A DNA stretch of 64,000 nt, taken from contig OX597816.1 of NCBI GenBank assembly GCA_951406725.2, forward strand, positions 146,258,001 to 146,322,000, written 5' to 3'. This stretch comes from Octopus vulgaris (lineage: Eukaryota). The position numbers and the translations under genes were made by a program. Positions 55,161 to 64,000 of this stretch are shown here, one piece after another; the stretch's first letter is position 1; every line of letters starts with the position of its first letter. The notes under the pieces are model-generated. The model had not been told where the DNA came from. It saw nothing but the letters and a program-made list of their open reading frames with translations, and searched no databases.

Positions 55161-56648
55161 ATAAATGCATGCAATGCAGACATACACGTAAACACACTGA
55201 GATAGAGACAACGTGAAGGGATGAGTGAGGAATATACGTGTGTGTGTGTGTATACTGGTGCGTGCATGAGGAAGTTTATGCGTGTATGTTGTTTGTGTGT
55301 GTGTGTGTGTGTGTATATGCTTATGAAAATGTGACCATGTTAAGAAAAGCTAGTAAACATAAGTCGCCGTAAGTCTCCTGGAAAAACAAGACGTGCAATA
55401 CTAACACTGCTTCAAAACATACGTTAGAAAATCACTAGCTGTACTACTTCTATTACTAATACTGCTGCTACTACTGCTACTACACCATTAATATGATATA
55501 GAATAATAATCCTTCTTACTCAACGCACATGGCCCGAAAATTTTAGGGAGGGGGCGGGTGTGGGGAGGGGGGGATGGCTAGTCGATCGGATCGACCATAG
55601 AACGCAACTGGTACTTAATGCATCGAACCTGAAAGGATGAAAGGTAAAGTCGACCTCGGTGGAATTTGATCTCAGAACGTAAAGACATACGAAATACCGA
55701 TAAGCATTTCGCTCAGCGTGCTAACGTTTCTTATTTCTTTACTGCTTATAAGTGGCTACACACAGAGGGAACAAACAAGGACAGACAAACAGATTAAGTC
55801 GATTCTGTCGACCCCAGTGCGTAACTGGTATTTAATTTATCGACCTCAGAGGAAATTGAACTTAGAACGTAACGGCAGACGAAATACCTATTTCTTTACT
55901 ACCCACAAGGGGCTACACACAGAGGGGACAAACAAGGACAGACAAACGGATTAAGTCGATTACATCGACCCCAGTGCGTAACTGGTACTTAATTTATCGA
56001 CCCTGAAAGGATGAAAGGCAAAGTTGACCTCGGTGGAATTTGAACTCAGAACGTAGCGGCAGACGAAATACTGCTAAGCATTTCGCCCGGCGTGCTAAGG
56101 TTTCTGCCAGCACGCCGCCTTCATAATCTAGAACAATAATAATAATGTCTTTTCTTCATAGAAATAAGTCCTGAATATTTTTCTTTCTTTCCTTCATTTC
56201 TGACGGAGAAGGTGTGATTGCTGATTTTCTGGTTCTTAGTACTTGACTGGTAATTATTTTATAGACCGCAAAATGAATTATCTGAAGTTGGCAGAATTTG
56301 AACACTGAGCGTACGGACGAATAAAATACAACTAAGCATTTTGTCCGGTACGCTAACGATCCAACGAGCACACTGCCTTAATAATACTATTGATGATTTC
56401 ATTTTTTTGGCACAAAGCCAGTAAATTCATGGTGAGTTTGAGGGGCTAGCCGACAACATCGAGCCCACATTCAACTTGTACTTATTTTATCTACTCTGAG
56501 AAGATGAATGGCAGAGTCAACCTCGGCGGAATTTGAACTCAGAACATAAGGACGGACGAAATGCCGCTAAGCATGTTCTCCGGCGTGCTATCGCTCCTGC
56601 CAGACAACTGCCTTAATAATGGTGATGATGATGATGATGATGATGATG

Positions 56649-56701
<53 letters not shown>

Positions 56702-57286
56702 GGGAAAGAAGTATAACAAAAAAGAATAAATTCATTGTAAGACCACATTCTAGCCTCACCGATAAATGGAATAATGTAGACGGTAGGAGGTCGTTCACTA
56801 AATTTCATTTAAATTATTTCCTTCCATTTCAGGCATAGAAAGGCTACTTTTAGCTAATTACCTGCTAAAATCTCTTTAAAGCGTGTTGTTCCCAGCTGAA
56901 ATGCTTGTAATTCGATCATGACTGACATGGGCGAACGCAGAACAACAACAGACAAAATAAGTAAATAAATAAATAAATAAATAAATAAATGAAGCACTGT
57001 TGTTATCAATCATTTATTCTATTATAGACACGAGGCCTGATGATGGGGCTATTTCATTGCATCAACCCCAATGCTCAACTGGTACTTATTGTATCGGCCC
57101 CTGAAAATATGAACGGTAAACTCGATCGCAGAGGAATGTGTCTGGGGCGCTAACAATTAAGCCAGGTCGCCCCCTTAACACAGTTTTTAACGATATTCAA
57201 TCGTTGGATACAAACGTTCAGGTAGCTCCGTTTTCGATTTAAATAATAATAATAACAATAACAATAAAAATATTACCAGCAGCAGC

Positions 57287-57343
<57 letters not shown>

Positions 57344-57552
57344 TTCTATTATAGGCACAAGGCCTGAAATTTTGGGGAAGGGGACTAGTTGATAACATCA
57401 ACCCCAGTGAGTAACTTTTAATTAGTTTATCGATCTCGAAAGAGTAGAAAGAAAAGTTGACCTCGGCGGAATTTGAAATCAGGACGTAAGAACGGGAGAA
57501 TGCCGCTAATTATTTTGCCCGGTGTCCTAACAACTCCGCCAGCTCGCCACGT

Positions 57553-57605
<53 letters not shown>

Positions 57606-57799
57606 GGTTTCAAATGTTGCCACAAGGGCAGCAGTTTTGTAGGAGAGGTTTAGTCGGTTACAGTGTTCAACTGGTGCTTATTTTATCGATCACAAAGGGA
57701 GGAAGGCAAAGTCGACCTCGTTGGAAATTGAACTCAGAACGTAGCAACAGGCGAAATGCCATTAAGTACTGCGTCCAGCATACTAACGATTCTGCCAGC

Positions 57800-57855
<56 letters not shown>

Positions 57856-57879
57856 GTTATTATTTGTATGAGTAGTAGT

Positions 57880-58202
<323 letters not shown>

Positions 58203-58261
58203 TACAATTATTATTATCATTACTATTATTAAAATTATTATTATTATATTATAATTAGTAT

Positions 58262-58667
58262 AGGTGTAGGAGTGGCTGTGTGCTAAGTAGCTTGCTTAAG
58301 AACCACATGGTTCCAGGTTCAGTCCCATTGCGTGGCACCTTTGGGCAAGTCTCTTCTACTATAGCCTCGGGCCGACCAAAGTCTTGTGAGTGGATCTGGT
58401 AGACGGAACCTGAAAGAAGCCCGTCGTATCTATGTATGCTTATATGTATGTGTGTGTATATGTTTGTCTGTCTGTGTTTGTCCCCCACCCCCAACATCGC
58501 TTGACAACCGATGCTGGTGTGTTTATGTCTCCGTATCTTAGCGGTTCGGCAAAAGACACGGATAGAATAAGTATTAGGCTTACAAAGATTTGCTCTACTA
58601 AAAGCGGTGCTCTAGCATTGCCACAGTCACATGACTGAAACTAGGAAAAGAGTAAATGAGTAAAAGT
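58262..58667 (+). mobile_element. SINE family B, full length
   Basis: Head, core and tail cagtcacatgactgaaac. Confidence 0.9.
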
Positions 58668-59691
58668 GTATAAATGATCTTTGCTACTATGGGCATAAAG
58701 CCTGAAATTTTAGGGTCGGTGGTAGATGATTACTCCACCTCGGTTGTGAATTGGTTCTTCATATGTCGAAGTTGAAGGTATGGAATGCAACCCTGATCGC
58801 GCAGAAACTGAACTGAAGTCGTGAGTAATCGGAAGTAAAGCCGTGCTGCATTTTTACATGTGCACTATTGCTTTTGTGCAGCACGCCGCAAAATTTTTTT
58901 AAAAAATCATTTTCATATAAACATAAGGCATGAAAATTTGTTTGAAGTGGGTAAGCCGATTATCCTGATCCAAACGATTTACTACTACTTATTCGATCGA
59001 GGTAAACGGATGAAAGGTAATGTCGACTGCGACCGGATTGAACTCAGAAATTAAACTGCCGGATGAAATTCTGCTACTTATGCTGTCCGACGCGGTAACA
59101 ATTCTGCCAACTCAGCTCCAAATAACTATTTCAATTGTAGGTACAATACTTGAAAGTTTGGTGGCAGATGGCTCATGGAATAATTCTACCACAGGGATTA
59201 ACTAGTACCATTTATTTCTCATCCCCTAATGATGTAAGGCACATTCTATCTCAGCGTGACTTGAACTCAGAACGTAATTAACTCGGAAGAAATGCCACTA
59301 AGAGGTTTATCCAGCGCGCTAGCGTTCCTCCCGGGTTCATGTCACTTATAACGATAGATCTAAGAAGGAAGATAAAAACTGTAGAAAGAAATTGATGACC
59401 TTTTATTAGAAGAATTCAGGAATTCTCACGCGCATGCACACATAGATTTATACATCCCACCCCCACACACGCAGACCCACAAACTCACACTCACACACCC
59501 ACGTCTTTCTGTATCTGGTGGGAGAGGTCTTTGTGTTAGTACAAGGGCAAGTATTTGCATGTATATAAGCTTGCGCAAGGATGAATGTTTGCCTTTGTAT
59601 TAGTAAGTTTATACCTCCCAAGTAAGAGCATGCAACTCCACCTGCTGGGATGCAGTGCTGATTATAGCTACCCCACTATCTATCTATCTAA

Positions 59692-59764
<73 letters not shown>

Positions 59765-60042
59765 CAAATCTATTTCTTTGTATATCTATATCAACACACA
59801 CATGAAATGTGTTTGCGCGAATGGGAACGCATCAGCTGGGTGTATATAAATAGAAATATGTTTACGATTAATCACTGACAATTTTACATAAGTGTTTTCA
59901 TAAATTATATACGTGTAAAATATATGCATATATATATGTATGTATTTATACGTGTATATAAATATCTATATATATATATATATATATATATATGCATATA
60001 TATGCATATATATAGTATACAGATATATATAAATATATATAT

Positions 60043-60248
60043 CAAAATGTGACTTCGCGTGTACCGTAGAATATTTTTTTCCTCTGTCTTCCCTTCTCTG
60101 GATCCTTCCTTCTCCTATGTTTCCGACGAAGAGTTCCGCTCAAAACGTTAAACCCTCCTTCTTTCTTTCTTTCCTGAGCGTCCAATAATACTATATTTGT
60201 TCCACGTCCTCGCGTTGTTGTGTTTTTTGTGCTTTCTTGTTTGGATTA

Positions 60249-60251
<3 letters not shown>
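60043..60251 (+). mobile_element. Short element family D copy with mutated hammerhead core
   Basis: CCGACGA...AAAA instead of CTGACGA...GAAA; 3' end joins (TA)n. Confidence 0.8.
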
Positions 60252-60310
<59 letters not shown>

Positions 60311-60351
60311 TATTAATACATACATACGTATATAAATATATATATACATAC

Positions 60352-60426
<75 letters not shown>

Positions 60427-60449
60427 TATATATACATACACATATATAT

Positions 60450-60612
60450 AGACGACAGGCTTCTTTCTGTTTCCGTCTAACAATTCCACGTACAAGGCAT
60501 TGGCCGGCCCGAAGCTATAGTAGAAGACACTTGTCCAATGTTCCACGCAGTGGGACTGAACCCCAATGCATGCGGTTGGCAAACAAGCTTCTTACCACAC
60601 AGCCACGCCTAT
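60450..60612 (-). mobile_element. SINE family B 5' half
   Basis: cacgcagtgggactgaacc...cttaccacacagccacgcc. Confidence 0.85.
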
Positions 60613-60913
60613 GTATGTATGTATGTATGTATGTATGTATGTATGTATGTATGTATGTATGTATGTATGTATGTATGTATGTATGTATGTATGTATGTAT
60701 GCATGTGGTTTCGTGGGTACAATAGCTTATGTGTACACGCACAACACACATAATAACGATTTAATATTCTGGCGCTCGTGAAAATTAGAAGTAGTCTTTG
60801 ACTTTTCGAACCTAAGCTCAGTGAGAATTTGATTGATAGATAAATAGAAATAACAGCAAAATATACAGGTAGAGGAATAACAACTATAAATAAGTAGAAT
60901 CAAACGTATCTTA

Positions 60914-61327
60914 AAGCGGCGAACTGGTAGAAACGTTAGCACACCGGGCGAGATGCTTAGCGGTATTTCGTCTGCCGTTAAGTTCTGAGTTCAAATTCCG
61001 CCTAGGTCGACTTTGCTTTTCATCCTTTCGGGGTCGATTAAATAATTACCGGTTATGCACTGGGGTCAATATAATCGACTTAATCCGTTTGTTTGGTCTT
61101 GTTTGTCCTCTCTATGTTTAGCCCCTTATGGGTAGTAAAGAAATCGGTATTTCGTCTACTGTTACGTTCTGAGTTCAAATTCCGTCGAGGTCGACTTTAC
61201 CTTTCATCCTTTCGGGGTCGATAAATAAAGTACCAATTACGCACTGGTGTCCATGTAATCGACTTAATCCGTTTGTCTGTCCTTGTTTGTCCCCTCTATG
61301 TTTAGCCCTTGTGGGCAATAAGAAATA
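60914..61327 (+). mobile_element. SINE family A with tandem body duplication
   Basis: Head followed by two ~185-bp body units. Confidence 0.9.
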
Positions 61328-61353
61328 AAATTAAACGTATCTAGCTAGCTACT

Positions 61354-61384
<31 letters not shown>

Positions 61385-62054
61385 TTAGATAGATAGATAG
61401 ATAGATAGACACTGAACGTGTCGGAGATATAAGACACAGATAGACATGCAAGCATGACAGACGTGTCTGCATGTGTATGTATGTGTAAGTGCGTGCGTGT
61501 GTGTGTGAGTGCGTGCGCGTATGTGTATGTGTTGGTGTGTGCGTGTATGTGTGTTTGTGTATGTGTGTGAGTGTTTCGTTGAATATTTATAGCAACACAT
61601 GTCCCAACGATTTATAGCCGTGAAAACTGCCGCTGTCGCTATGCATAAGTCTCTCTATCTCTGACTCTATATATCCATTCTCTGTATCTTTATCTCGGTC
61701 TCTGTCTGTCGCTGACTCTCTCTCTCTCTCTCTTTTTCTCTCTCTCGTCCGCTCTCTATGTATCTATCTAGTTGGATAACTTGTTCTCCCACGCTACGTA
61801 ACTCTCAATATAAACGATTTTCCAATATATATATATGTAGTTAGAAACGGGAACGCACACGCTCGTTTGTGCGCGTGAGCGTTCGTTTCCGTGTCTGCGG
61901 GCGCGCATGCTTTTGTGTCTGTGTGCGTGTGCGTAGAATATACAAGCATTGGGGGAACATTTCCTACAATAAAACCATAATGTGACGCTTAAGCTGCGAA
62001 TGACATTTCATAAAGACACCATGAAGCTGAACGAGATACACACGCACAAACACA

Positions 62055-62126
<72 letters not shown>

Positions 62127-63083
62127 TACACACACACACACACATACACATAAACATACACACAGACAAGCCGCCTCCCACACACGTGTATGTATTATGT
62201 AGAAATGCTTCAATATAAAAAAATACATACGTGCACACAGTTAAACACATATCTATTTATATGTATGTGTGAGTGTATATATACTTATAGATAGATAGAT
62301 GTATATATATATGCATATTTACAAATATATATGCACATATATATATACATATATACATACATAATTATGTGTATATGTGTATATATATATATAAATGTGT
62401 GTGTATATATAATTTATAATTTACAATTATATCGTATAATAATTGTTCATTTTATATCTAAAAACGTATCAGTACACAAACGCATCCGCAAGTATTCCGT
62501 TAAAGTGTGCAATTGTGTGTGCTGTGTGTGTGTGTGTCAGCCTGTGTGCGAATCTTTACGTCTGTGAGTGCATTTATATGTGTCTGTCTCTATATGGCCA
62601 GGTATCTGTCTGTGATTATATTTACTGCTTTAAACGTCTATTGTTGCCTCAAGATGTATAAATATAGCGATTTGATCATGGAGTTGGATACCGTAAGCAC
62701 GGTTCCAATATAAGTGTTTGCTGTAGGGAGATAGGACGAAATATAAACACTTGGAGGTAGAGTACACACTAACTGGATTAATAACTGAAAAACACTGTTT
62801 TGCGTTGGTGTGTATGTGTGCATGTGTAATATAATTCCATGTTATATAATATATGTGCGTGTGTGTGTATGTATTATATATATTGTATGTGTGTGCGCCT
62901 GCGTATTCGCTCGTGTGTGCGTCTGTGTGTGTGTGCACGCACGTATGCGTTTGAGTGCTCGTGCTCGCATAGGTATGCATGGCTGTGCGTCCTGGTATCG
63001 AAACTTATTAAATGTTACGAAATAGCATGTTACGAGGATTGTTGGAAACCGGTATTTCAAAGAATTTTATCGAAATCCACCCA

Positions 63084-63084
<1 letters not shown>

Positions 63085-63148
<64 letters not shown>

Positions 63149-63149
63149 G

Positions 63150-63215
<66 letters not shown>

Positions 63216-63349
63216 CATCTATCTAACTAATTTTCGATCTATCTACCTATCAATCAATCTATCCATCTATCAACCTATCTATCTATCAACCTATCTCTCT
63301 ATCTACCCATCTATCTAATTAATTATCTATATATCTATCTATGTATGTG

Positions 63350-63436
<87 letters not shown>

Positions 63437-63540
63437 GTCTGTCTATATACCTACCTATCTATCTGTATGTCTATCTGTGTGTCTGTCTATCCTGCTAATT
63501 ATTTTATTATCTATATGTTCATTTATCTATATCTCTATCT
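63085..63540. repeat. (TATC)n tetranucleotide satellite (others at 25.8, 45.95, 51.5, 59.7 and 61.35 kb)
   Basis: Direct inspection. Confidence 0.95.
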
Positions 63541-64000
63541 GTTTGCATGATCTGTCTATCTATCTATGTATTTATCTATATTTAGGAATATATATATGAG
63601 TGTGTGTAAATATATATATATATATGTATATATGCACACTCATACATATATACATACCTATATACATATCTATACGTATACATACATACGAACGCACATA
63701 TATTCTAGTATATGCAGTTATTCTTTAGCCCCAAGTAAGACTTAAGCAAGCGATGGAGCAAATGCATGATTAAAGATACCCAACGATGACCAAAACATGT
63801 TTGTATAAGACGTTTCATATACTTTCATATCTTTATTATTTTCTTCGACTTTTCTTTACTCTCCTCATTTTTCCTTTTCACGCAGGTGAATAGCATTTCA
63901 GGGTAATTCGCTTTTTTTTTTTTTTCTAGAAGGACGCTGACATGAAAGTGAAGATGCTACGCCGGCTCATATATACATGCACGCGCTAAGAGAACAACAC

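Overview
This is AT-rich, microsatellite-saturated eukaryotic DNA with no intact host gene that I can support. The SINE families and the (TA)n/(TATC)n/(AAT)n density suggest an octopus-type cephalopod intron or intergenic region (inference). Almost all ORFs in the track are translated microsatellites. Autonomous-type content: one Penelope-like retroelement (PLE; RT C-terminus plus GIY-YIG, with inverted pLTRs each carrying a canonical hammerhead ribozyme) and decayed R4/Dong, L1/Tx1, CR1-like, mariner, maT, pogo and Helitron fragments. Non-autonomous content: three tRNA-derived SINE families, MITEs, a mini-Helitron, several short (TA)n-embedded elements with minimal or non-canonical hammerhead-like folds, and many fold-back palindromes. 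The most interesting signal is the set of hammerhead-bearing, (TA)n-associated elements, including variant cores (CUGUGGA, UUGAAAA), one of which shows stem covariation.
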